A DNA stretch of 64,000 bases, counting the filler, from Welwitschia mirabilis (taxonomy: Eukaryota): NCBI GenBank assembly GCA_051453625.1. It is 4 parts of one record of this genome, joined end to end, with 100 filler letters (N's around TTAATTAATTAA, not from the genome) between each part and the next. Parts side by side here need not be neighbours in the genome. Positions count along the whole stretch, not along the records: positions 1 to 21,360 come from JBOZIK010000001.1; positions 21,461 to 47,108 come from JBOZIK010000001.1; 2 more parts are not named here. One strand, 5' to 3'. This document shows, piece by piece, positions 12,850-24,168 of this stretch. Below the pieces are notes generated by a model. The model did no database searches. It saw only the letters and a list, made by a program, of their open reading frames with translations, and was not told where the DNA came from. The position numbers were made by a program, and so were the translations under genes. Each line of letters starts with the position of its first letter. Positions within the stretch are counted from its first letter, which is position 1.

Positions 12850-14400
12850 CTTAGTCTCTTCTATGTGTTTTAACTCCATCCTTTTGTAAACCTAACTTCT
12901 TTTGTATTTAAGTCAGAGCTCATAGGAAGTTTACCTATTTTCCTTTGATTTAGAGTAGAGGAAATCTGGGTTTGGGTTTGCTAGAGTTATTAAAGAACTT
13001 GAGTGATGAATTGAATGTCTTGTTTAAGGTTGTCTAATAAGGAGGAATAGAATTAGTCAATGCTTATTCCTCAGATACTATCATTGCTTTTTCTTTAAGA
13101 AAAGAAGTTCATGATCCATAGGCCTTCTGTCTTCATATAACATTACTCCATCAGGCTTTTACCCATTGCAGAAATTCCTCACTATTATCTCCTATAGAAG
13201 TTTAAGCTGTGTCTTAGTCCCATTTTGGCTAATCATCCTCTTAGATTAGCTACTGATCATTGCCTTGATAAGCCATGCTTCAATGTTTGTTCATGATTAC
13301 AATTGAGTTGGACTTGGGTTTCCATGCATTTGCTTATTAATTTTTCAAAGGGAATGGATGAAGATGGTTTTTAATAGTTTTATAGAAAGGGATGAAAGAA
13401 TGATGAGGGAAATGGGTTTCTTAGTTGGCTATTTTAATTTTGATTGTATGACTTATCATATTTTTAAGAAAAGTTGGGATGATTCCTTCACCTAAGATTG
13501 TATGTATTATAAAAAGGGTTATTCTTTTGGTTTTTCTACTAATGTCCTACAAATTAACTTAATGTTTACTATGTTCTAAAATAAGAAAATGGAAGGAGAC
13601 AGCTATATCATGGGTATTTATATGACAAATTAGGCATTGAGGTTTGGTGACCAAAGGTGAAGGGAAGGGTAAGGTGGTTAAAGAATTCTATTTTTCTTGC
13701 TAAGTCACTATTATATTACTAACCTCAAAATTTTTGAGTACTTTAAGCATACTAGGATTTTCTCTATTTTTGGAACTCTCACCTATTATTTCAAGATAAT
13801 TCCACACTTAATCTAAGGGCATGCTAAGGAAACTCCTCCTACTTATTATCTCTTACAATTGCCTATTATTTGTGGTAAATCCATTATAAAAGAAACTTAT
13901 CTCCATCCCTAACTCAAATTCGTGATGGAGGCATTTTTGTAATAAGTCCTTTAATCTTTCTAAGGCTTGAGAAAATATCTCATGGCATTTTTGTTGATAG
14001 TTCATTATCTCTCTTCTCAAGGCATTTTTCTTATGATTTGGAAAGAATTTTGAGATAAAGGCTCTATTAAGGTTATTTTAGGTTGTAATTGACTAGGGTT
14101 TAAGCATATAAAACTAAGATTTTTTGCTTTTTCCTTTAATGAGAATGGGAAGAGGATGAGTCTCATGGTGTCATAGGTGTTTTGATGCTTTGACAACATA
14201 GAAAGGATGCACTTAAACTTCTTAAGATTGAAGTAAGGATCTCCCAAGTCTAATCCATGAAAGTAAGGTAACTATGCATGAAAAAGTTCCTATGCATTAA
14301 GGTTATAGATAATCATGAAGGGTTTTCTTAGGGGGATTATTTTGGTTTTAGTTTTGCTTTTGGTTTTAGGCAGCATTTTAAGTTACTCATTGGCTAAGAT
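12850..14400 (-). pseudogene. Gypsy gag, disrupted and interrupted by a 16S rRNA fragment
   Basis: Retrotrans_gag-type motifs (FHGL..DPY, LFPFSLKEKAK) and a YNLG.RNHPNF motif near 13.5 kb. Colinear with gag at 49.2-50.6 kb. Confidence 0.85.
13051..13275 (-). rRNA. rrn16: Nuclear fragment of plastid-type 16S rRNA (NUPT-like, non-functional; roughly E. coli positions 260-510)
   Basis: + strand reads ...TGCTTATTCCTCAGATACTATCATTGC...AAAAGAAGTTCATGATCCATAGGCCTTC...CATTACTCCATCAGGCTTTTACCCATTGCAGAAATTCCTCACTATTATCTCCTATAGAAG...GCTACTGATCATTGCCTTGATAAGCCA. This aligns end to end with the reverse complement of chloroplast 16S as I recall it (...GCTCCGTCAGGCTTTCGCCCATTGCGGAAAATTCCCCACTGCTGCCTCCCGTAGGAG...GCTACTGATCATCGCCTTGGTAAGC), and nearly all differences are C>T or G>A. 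Confidence 0.92.
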
Positions 14401-15324
14401 AGTAAGCGTTTAGGTTGTCTATTAGCCCTTAGGCTATCAAAGGTATGTTAAGATGTTGAGAACTAGTTCATGTATTTAGATTTTAAGAGGTGAAAGCTTA
14501 TTTCATTTAGTTGTCATCAAGGAATTGATTTCCCTACGTAATTTTCTATTTAGGAAAGGAATCCATTTTAGAGAGATTTTTGATTAGTCTTACTAACTCA
14601 TTAAGAATTCAAGATATGCAAGATTCAAGACAAGTTTTAGGAAGGTTTTACATAAATATTGAAAGATAGAAGAGTTTCAAAATTTCAATAGAGGTCTTTG
14701 AAAAAATTGTAGACATCTCTCAGTAGAAAAGCTAGTGGCACCAGTTAAGGAAGTCGACAATGTTGGTTAAGTTGTCAGTTTTGGGGATATAAAAAATATA
14801 AAAATTCATAGAAATCCTATAAAGTGATCAACGTATCAGGGTCATCGAAAAATATTACAAAAATGAAAAATAGTAGTGCACAAAAAACCAATCTTACAAA
14901 AAATTCAGTGTTTTAAATGTTTATAATAGTGAATGCACTAAATTAAAAACCAAATTAAAATGCAGAAGATAAGAGAAAATGCACAAACTAAATGAGTTGA
15001 GAAAATTTCTAGTTTTTTTCAACTTTTATTGCAACATAGAAAAACATTATTAGACCTACCATACAAATCAAGTTAGGAAAAACAAAACTAAAGCGAACTC
15101 AAAGTAGGACTAGTTTGGGTATTACTGGAAATAACTAGTACCAACCACTAAAAGGAAAAAAAATAATACACAAAGAGAAAGAGAAAGAGGATCAATTTGG
15201 GTATCACTAAAAATAACCAATACCCACCACTAGAAAAATAAAAAGTAGTAGCAAAACTTATAAGAAAGTAAATTTTGTACTCATTTTAAGTAGCTTCCGT
15301 GTTATTATCTTCATGGTACCAAAA

Positions 15325-16675
15325 TCTTATTTATTTCATATAAGGAATTAAACTTAAACTAAATTAAAACTCAGTATCATTCTCTCCATAGAGATAATTA
15401 GAATAGATTTTTAGAAGTTACACAACTCTTACTGAATTGTAGGTTATAATTTAAGAAAGTGAAAATAGAAGGGGTTGAGAGCATTGTTTTGAAACTTCAT
15501 TAAAAAGATAGGAAAGCAAACAAGCTCTAATTTTTTACCTGAGTTATTCACTAGTAATCCTTCACTCCAATGATATACTGCACTCTTTCTGCAACACGTT
15601 TAAAACTATTAAGTGATAATGACTCAAGTCATAATGACATAATTTCATTCACCATATAAAAGTTAGTGAACTCAATAGCCATTTGATCCTTTGTAACCTT
15701 AAGACAAAAATGAATGGCAAGAACATAAGTACTCAAAATTAATCAAGTTATAGAATACTTAGGTTAAGTAATTATTAAATTCACTTAAATAACAATGGAA
15801 CTTATAAGTAAATTTGTTACTTAAGCATGGAAAGTACAAAGTGATTTGTGACTAATAATCAAAAGAAAACAATAATTGTGTATTAAATAAATAAAGGCAC
15901 ATTACATCAAAGGAAGAAGGAAGTTGAAAGAACTCTTCAAATTATCCTTAAAGCAAGCTCACTCCCCAAAGAAAGCACTTATAAGGCCATCATGAATTAC
16001 ACTTCAAAGTTTCTATTCTTTTGCTAAAATAAAGGATGTTATAATGGAGGGCTCAAGGCCCTTTTATAAGAAATGATAGGGAGTCGAGGGTGGTTACAAG
16101 CCTTTGGATTAAAGTGTTAGGTGAATAGTTATAAAATATGGCATGTAGTATTAGGTAGGATGGTCTTTATCATCTTTCATTAGGTAGGGATCATCACGAT
16201 GAGGCCAACACTTAGCTCTTGGATGCTGCTGCTTCTACAAACTGTTATTGCTATAATTTGTCTCCACTGTTATCCTACTCAATGCTTCCACATGTTACAA
16301 CTATGTGTCGTTGTCGTCTCTGTCATGTATAATCAAAAACACAAGTTACTTCTAATGTGGAATCTGATTAATCCCATAACTGCATTTGGCTCAATTTTAC
16401 ATGATAAGCCAGGAACATGAGTTTTAAAGCATTATGTGCAGAAGGACCTATGATGTTGGGTGACCTAAATGGTGGCGCTAGCATCTTAACCTAGATGGTC
16501 ATCCTTCAAATTGATATAAATGCCCTAAAAATGTCATTAGCAAATAATACACTCAAAATTAATATAAAAAAGTGATAGAATACACGTTTTATGATAAATC
16601 AGTTATATTAATCTCTTCCATTAAAATAAATTGATTAAATAACTTGATTAGAATGTTAATTTTTATAAATTAACA
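15325..16675 (-). repeat. Right (5') LTR of the Athila-like element
   Basis: Homologous to 6217-7571. Followed on the - strand by a partly deleted PBS (TGGTACCATG..., ~15308-15321) and a leader running into gag. Confidence 0.85.
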
Positions 16676-16706
16676 TGCATCTTTTGTGAAGCTGTCATGT
16701 TATTAA

Positions 16707-18084
16707 CCCTAATAATGGCACCAAAATATGTTTGCTATCATATAAGCAAACTAAAATAAAGTAGGTAAGTACCCAGTATCATTCTTCTCCAAGGATAAAA
16801 TGAGGTAGGACTAAATAGAGATAATACAACATCCTCTAAACCTGTAATAAAGTAAAATAAAAAATTAAAGTTATGATGAATTTGAACTTTAGATAACAAA
16901 ATAAGAAGACCAACTAACTCCAGAGGTCTAGCTTAAATTGTCTAACCTACAAAATCTTTACCTCAATAATGTCCTATAACTTCTTGAAATAAAGCTTAAA
17001 TTATTAAGTCATTATGGCTCAGCTCATGGTGACATAATCTCATTCATCACATGAGTGTTAGTGAATTCTATAGTCCTTTTAATCTTTCATAGCCTAATTT
17101 AAGCATGAAAAGTAAGAACTAATTTGCTCAAGATCCATAAAACAAGATGACTACAACCAAAAGTAACCTTAAGAAACTTACTTGATAATGAAATAACTTA
17201 ACAATATAGTCTTACTTAAGCATTAAATGTATGAGGTTAATTCCAACTCAAAATCAAGAATGATCAACTACTAATTTATTAAAAATGATAATTACATTAC
17301 ATTAGAGGACAAAAGAAAAGCTGATACAAACTCCTCAAAACTAAGGAGGAGCTTAGAATGCCATGTCAAGAGGTGAAGCTCGAAGGGTTTCCACTATTTT
17401 CCCTAGCCAAGGATTTTTTACAAATGAGGGCTCAAGGATTTTTATAGGTGAGGAAAGGGTTTAGTTTGTTAAAATCCTTTGGCTTATAGTGTTAGGTGGT
17501 AGTTACAATTGGGTGATTACAATTTTTATCATGTAGCCTTAGGTAGGATCTTTAGCTTCTCATGAAAGTTGTCCTAACAGGTCTAACATGTGGCCTTTTG
17601 ATCATGATTTTGCTACCAACTGATGTTATTTCCATGACAAGTCTAACATGTTCCTCCCCTGTCATCACACTTGTCACTGTCACATGTTGCTACCACATGT
17701 TTTTTGCATCATCACCATGTGTCATTGAGGATATCAATTATTTTTGATGTGATAACTGATTAAGCCCACAATTGCAATTTGATCACATTTCCATGATAGT
17801 TTTAGAACATAAATTTTAAATTGTTTTACTTTAAAGAACTAGCAACACTAGGGACCTAGATGGTAGCATAAGCTTTTTCTATTTGATGAACTTCACATTT
17901 TAATATTTCCTTTAGAATGCAATAAATAACTTGAAATTATTATGAGAAAGTGCGTATGTTCACAAATTATGTTACAAAAGGGTAGAAGACGTAATTTTAT
18001 GATAGAATGACTATTTTAATGTCTTTCCTTAAGCTAAATTAGTCAAATAAACTTGGTCTAAATGTCAATTTTTGCATGTTAATA
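16707..18084 (-). mobile_element. LTR + PBS of a related, more diverged Athila-like element
   Basis: 16729-18084 shares blocks with the other LTRs (ATGACATAATYTCATTCATC, CTTAAGCAT, terminal TTTTGCATGTTAA). On the - strand it ends GCAAACA, followed by PBS TGGTGCCATTATTAGGG (16707-16723). Confidence 0.8.
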
Positions 18085-19032
18085 AGACAATTACTTATTT
18101 CATCTTTAGAAGGATAAAATTATTTCTTTATTTTCATTGATGATTATAATAGGATGTGTTTTATGTACTTCCTACAAAACAAATCTTAAACTCTTGATGC
18201 TTTCAAAGCATTTCTTAACCTACTTGAAAAGTAGAGAAATATATAAATCAAAAAGTTTAGAGTAGAGGAAGGAGGAGAATACATAGTAACTAAGTTTTAT
18301 GATGATCTTCAAAAGGTATAAATTCAACATGAAATAGCTCCACCTCATACATCTCAACTTAATGAAATGTCTAAAAGAAAAAGACCAAACTATTATAAAA
18401 ATAATAAGAATTACATCATATAAGATGTTTTTTTCATTACCTATTTAGATAGAATCTGTTACAATAGATGTTTATAGTTAAAACAAAGTTTTAACCAAAT
18501 CTCTAAATGGAGATCTTTCAAAAAAAAAAAAAGATGGTCTAGTGAAATAGCTTCTTATAATCACCTAAGAACTTTTGGAATCAAAATTTTGTGCACATTT
18601 CATAACCACAAAACAAACGATAAAGAAAATTTAGAACTTAAAATGATAAATTATTCAAACATAAACAAGACCTATCAAATGTGCAACTTAACTTCCAAAA
18701 GGATCATTGTTACTCGAAATATTATTTTTGATAAAATAATCACTATCGCAAATTCTATTTCATTCATAGCTTATGATGATCTAATCTTGAGCAAGGAAGA
18801 GATAATAACATCCCTTAATAAACCTAATAATTAAAATTTAGATGAATTATATTTAGAATTCTTGAAATTATATTCTAAAACAATGGAAATAAATGATCAC
18901 ACTAATTGTAAAGAGTAAATCATTACTACTACAAATGCTGGTGGTATACAAAACTTCATTTTAAATCATAAAACATAAATATCATGTTAAATAAGATAAG
19001 TTTGTGATTTTTCATATGAAGATAAAAGAATT

Positions 19033-22000
19033 TGTCACAGCCCGGTCTTAGGTTGGACTTAAGAAGCACAAAAAACATGGTTATTTTTTTTTAATTTAAA
19101 ACAAAATTGACTTACAAGACATGTTTAATTAATACAATGGATCAAATAGCTTAGGCTGGACTTAAGAAACACTAAAAGCATGAAATTTTTTTAACTAAAA
19201 TTAACTTACATGACAAGATTAATTATTGCAGTGGATCAATTAGTTTGTGACTAAGGTAACCACCTCTCAATTACCACAGGATACACCTCGGTAGAACTAT
19301 ATAAGGATAGCTCACCTGATTAACACCAAATTCCATCTTATGATTATTTAGGAATCTCATTCAGAAACACAATAGAGGAGTGTGTAATTTGTGGTTAAAT
19401 GGTTGGTTGCACTAACAGCCAAGCAATCATGCCTATGTATCCTCATCCAAAGGAGATCAGACCATATGTAGTTCTATCTTGAACCTCATTCCCATCTTCA
19501 CCAATATGCATGAGCGTATGATGGATCAAGGTAGTCCATGTTAGTGGCGTATGGGCAGAATTAAGCATAAACCAATGTAAGAAACACAATATCAAACTTA
19601 ACTAGAAAAGAGTATCACAACATGTCGAAATGACATGTCACCAAAAGGTATTATATGCAAATATTTATATACATAAGCATCATAGCTATGTACAAACATA
19701 TAGGAGATAGCTGGTCAGAAACTCTCAAGGTTATAACATTCATTCCTAATCATGAATTCTAATGCATGAACAATCACAATGCATATATATATTAATATAA
19801 ATCACATATGGGTACCCAAATGAATATATAGTAAATCCCCTGGTTACTTGGCCAAAATATCCATTAGACACATAGAAGCCAAGCCTGATAAGAGTTCCCT
19901 TAACTCTCTCCCTCATCTTAGTCTATACCGATGGGAGAGAATAATATATATAAAAAAATATTCATTAGACACATAGAAGTTAAGCCTATCAAGAGATCCC
20001 TCGACTCTCTCCCTCATCTTATTCTACGCAAATGGGAGGGAATAATATATATAAATAGCCATTAGTAGATCTATCAACTAAGCATGTAAAGAGATCCATC
20101 TAATCTCTTCCTCATCTTAGTATCAGCTAATGCGAGGGATAATATCAATAGTATAACATGATGCATAAATGTGATTTACACATAGGTATACATAGACATA
20201 TGCCAATGCAACAAGGTACCTCATGGATGTTCCTTTTATAACATAATATAATGACTCTAAAAAATATAAATATATAAAATGCTCAAAAGAAACTAGTCTA
20301 TATGCCACTAAATTAGATCACCAGTCTCAAAGGACTCAGTATGATAAAAGTAAAAAAACAAAAGAAGCTAATTATATGCCTAGCTATCTTTCAACGAGTA
20401 TCATAGAAAAATTGATAATGATGCATCATTTTACACACAAGATAACACATACTACTTAGGCATTTTCAATTCATAAGCATGGATATGTAAGGAAATAAGT
20501 TTAAGCTAAACACCTGGATTGTGATAAGGCATATTGAGGTGACCATGGTCTTTAAGAAATGTGCTAGACCTACATCATTAGATAACTGTACCATGCATAA
20601 TATAATTACTTTGCATCACATAAATGCATACCAATATGACAAGGAAAAATCATAATCCCTCCTCTTATAATGCTAACATAGTAGCTAAATCTATAAATAA
20701 AATTTCTTACAATGTTAATAATAATAAAAAAAGGCTTAGTCAAATTATGTTATGTATACTTAATTATATATTTATCTCTAAATGCCATCACATTATAGAA
20801 AAGGAAATCACTAACAATATATTATTAATACATAAGGTAATGAATAACTGCTATAACCTCTTTATCTAANNNNNNNNNNNNNNNNNNNNNNNNNNNNNNN
20901 NNNNNNNNNNNNNNNNNNNNNNNNNNNNNNNNNNNNNNNNNNNNNNNNNNNNNNNNNNNNNNNNNNNNNCACTAACAGCCAAGCAATCATGCCTATGTAT
21001 CCTCATCCACAGGAGATCAGACCATACGTAGCTCTATCTTGGACCTCATTCCCATCTCCACTGATACACACGAGCATATGATAGATCAAGGAAGTCTGTG
21101 TCAGTGGCATATGAGCAAAATTATGCATAAACCAATGCAAGAATTGCAATATTCAACACAACCAAAAAAGAGTATTATAACATATTAAAATGACATGTCA
21201 CCAAAAGGTATTACACACAAATATATACACATAAGCATCATAGCTATGTCTAAAAATATAGGAGACAACTAGCTAGAAACTCTCGAGGTCATAATATTCG
21301 TTCCTAATAAGGAATTCTAATGCATGAATGATGGTAATGCATATGTATATTAACATAAATNNNNNNNNNNNNNNNNNNNNNNNNNNNNNNNNNNNNNNNN
21401 NNNNTTAATTAATTAANNNNNNNNNNNNNNNNNNNNNNNNNNNNNNNNNNNNNNNNNNNNATTATAAATATGTATTATGTAATATAATACATATGCTTTA
21501 AATTTAATATAATGATTTAAATTACATTTCTTATGTTCTAAAAGTTTAAGGTAACCTCTATGCTTTTTTAATAATTGAAATGACGCTAGTTCAAAGAATG
21601 GAACATAATCGATAGGCATAAAATCAATGAAAGCATTGATACTGTAAGAAAACCCCAAACTATTTCATTTAAAAATTGTTAATATAGTAAAATTAAGTCT
21701 ATAATTATAACGGTTGTAATGCCAATTAAATGATAAAAAAGAATTCAACCAAAACCTGAACACCACCCCTAGTGTCTTGAATTTGTAATTATAAGAAGTG
21801 TCTTGGTTCAGAAGCTCTATATCTAAAATGCTAAAATGGGAAAAATGATGAACTAAAATGCTATTATAGGGCAATTATGAAGTACAAAAAATAAAAAAAT
21901 GTTGCCCTACCAAGATGGTCAAATACATTTGATAGAATGACATAAGGTAATGATTAAGTTGAACACCTTAAAATGCATTGCACATCAAATAGTGGACTAA

Positions 22001-24168
22001 AATGTTAGGGCAACAAATATGCATGGTTGCATAAGAATTAAACAAAAATACATGAGACTAAGTTCTATAATTAAAGCCACTATGTTTCAAGATGAAGGAA
22101 CCATCAATAATTGTGAATGCACAAATGATGTATGAGAAGAATACCTTTCCATCACAGCAAAAGACATAATACTCTATAATGGGATAAAGGAACTACAATA
22201 GTTTGGATGGGATATGCCTTCTATAGTAGCATGCCTTACCACATCTTAAGGGACTCCTTCAACTCATCTTATTTCTTTAGTAAAGTTTACTTTTAGGGTT
22301 GGCCTTTGACTATGAGAAAAGCATTTAATCCTTGCCCTAGAAACTAGTGTATTGTAATAGAGATGTACCTCTAGCTACTTATTCATGTGCATAATACAAT
22401 TATAATAAAAACAAATTACCTCTAGCTAGTATAATAAATATTTAACTCTAGGTCCTTATGCTTAAAATGAAGCCTTGCCCCACATCCATAGATAATACAA
22501 AGCTCTCATTATGGAAATGTTAAGGACATGCCTGTCCTTAATATTTAGGCATCAATACTCAAGATAAGCAAAACCTAGTACACTTATCTCTCCCAACAGA
22601 TGTACATCTCCGTTTACAATAACATTAGGATAAAGCCCTGAGAGGATGACCTAAAAAAGCAATAAAACATGCAGGAACCCCATATAAAATAGCCAATGTT
22701 ATGATAGAAAGGAACAATGAAGACCGTTAAAGATTTCAGTCATTCTAGGATGTAGGATATCTTAATCTTTATCACATAAAGGAAGATTCACATGGCAAAC
22801 ATGAGAGTAGATATTCACACACCTATAGATATGACCATTCAACTACTTGAAAACAAGCCTAATAGCACCGCAGCATCACATGCCATTGCATGAGCCTTAC
22901 AAGAATGTTAAGTATTATCCTAAAAACCCTTCCACATGATTTTAGATATTTGACATGCAACACAATCTACTAATATAATAGAAAATTGGCTTAAAATGAT
23001 GCAAAAATCAGAATTAAGAATAGCAAAGATAAAAGGTAATTCTCAGTTAATATACTTACTTTCCATCCCAAGGTGAAGCCCGTTTGCAAATGGCACCCCC
23101 GAATAAAGACAATCTCTAGCTATAATAGCGCTGCAAAAGGAGTAGATAGAAGATCTTTCTTCATTTTGCAGTTAACATAACCATCACAGTGCAGTGCTAA
23201 ACTGAATCCTAGGAGACTAAATTTAGAGCTCTCAGAAACGTGTGCTGGATTCTTGCAAGCTGCGCCATTCGCGTCCCTGCACAGAGCTATCATCACAGTC
23301 ACGCCCACACACGTTTGCGCTTGGAGCATCGTGCACATCCTTATGCTGGTTTCTCCTAAGTGTTTCCTGTGCCAATCTCCTCTGCATGCATCTTGTCTGC
23401 TCGCCGGCACTCTCACCCGCAGTCGTCGTGCTCACTGTCACAGCAACACACGTTGCTCTTACATCCACCCTCATCCTGTCGGATGCCAGCATAGAAAAGG
23501 CTCAGTCATCCTTAATACCCTTTCTGTCCAGCAAAACACCTTTCTTTCTTTTATTTTATTTTTTTACCTTTTTGGTCTGGCTTCTCCACTTTGGCTTTGA
23601 TGCTTCTGGTTCAGCCCCGGCTACCCTGATGCCTCTGCAACCAACTATGTGAGCAGCGTCACCTCTCATATCGAATGCCATCTACAGCCTCTCCTTTATT
23701 TATAACATTTAACATATACAAACATAATGATAGGTTTATTATTCATTATATTTTCTTTTGAAATATTCAGCACATAAGGAAGAATACTCTAGAATTTAAG
23801 CATGCTTTGAGAGATTAATATAAGATTAAATATAATGAATAATTAGTTTACCAATTGGATGTATTTTCCATTAGCATAAAAGATATGAAGAACTTAAACC
23901 AGTGAATAGGCTATGCTATTCAATGAGTCTAAGGGTAAAGATTATTTAATCTTCATATCATTACTACACAATTTATGAATCCATTGCATACCCACTATAA
24001 CAATTAATAATACATCATCAATGCCATTTATAAGATCATTAAATAAATACACATTAAACATTCATTAAAATTTAGTACTTTGACTAAAATAAACTCAAAT
24101 TCGTGATATAGATAAATATAAAGAAATAATAATACAAGAAGTTCTACATAAATATTTAGGGTATTACA
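19033..24168 (-). mobile_element. Tekay/Del-like gypsy element (LTR sequence; internal region absent or hidden in gaps)
   Basis: Termini TGTCACAGCCC...GGGTATTACA. Perfect 5-bp TSD GAATT at 19028-19032 and 24169-24173. 19411-19805 recurs, diverged, at 20971-21360, consistent with two LTRs separated by the 20870-20969 gap. Confidence 0.8.
19861..20145. repeat. Tandem repeat, ~100-bp unit, 3 diverged copies
   Basis: CATTAGACACATAGAAG...CTCTCTCCCTCATCTTA...ATGGGAGAGAATAATATAT recurs at ~19861, ~19963 and ~20059. Confidence 0.8.

Larger units (their letters stand above)
5740..16675 (-). mobile_element. Degenerate Ty3/gypsy LTR retrotransposon, Athila-like (LTR-PBS-gag-PR-RT-RH-INT-PPT-LTR plus extra PBS/leader on the left)
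   Basis: Two homologous ~1.35-kb LTRs (6217-7571, 15325-16675) both start TGTTAA on the - strand. Domains lie in gypsy order: gag (MGDPYFNLKKF...LFPFSLKEKAK, 14017-14247), protease (ILGRPFLATSNALI, 12037-12255), RT (GIMLGHILSSKGIQVDP, FLGHVGYYRRF, 10926-11108), RNase H (IYYVSKTLNETQINYT, DHSALKYL, 10522-10755), integrase C-terminus (FKVNGHYLKHY, ~9190-9220). Many stops and frameshifts. Confidence 0.9.

Noticed and set aside
13051-13275. Functional rRNA gene or bacterial contamination
   Set aside because: Only ~225 bp, heavily mutated, and contiguous with gag on both sides.
21405-21416. TTAATTAATTAA islands inside N-runs (also 47153-47164 and 54611-54622)
   Set aside because: Identical all-frame-stop spacer centred in gaps. 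It is an assembly linker, not biology, and adjacency across these joins is uncertain.
23120-23652. Four overlapping ORFs of 86-136 aa
   Set aside because: Expected from local GC richness. No recognisable domain, and they lie within an LTR-bounded element.
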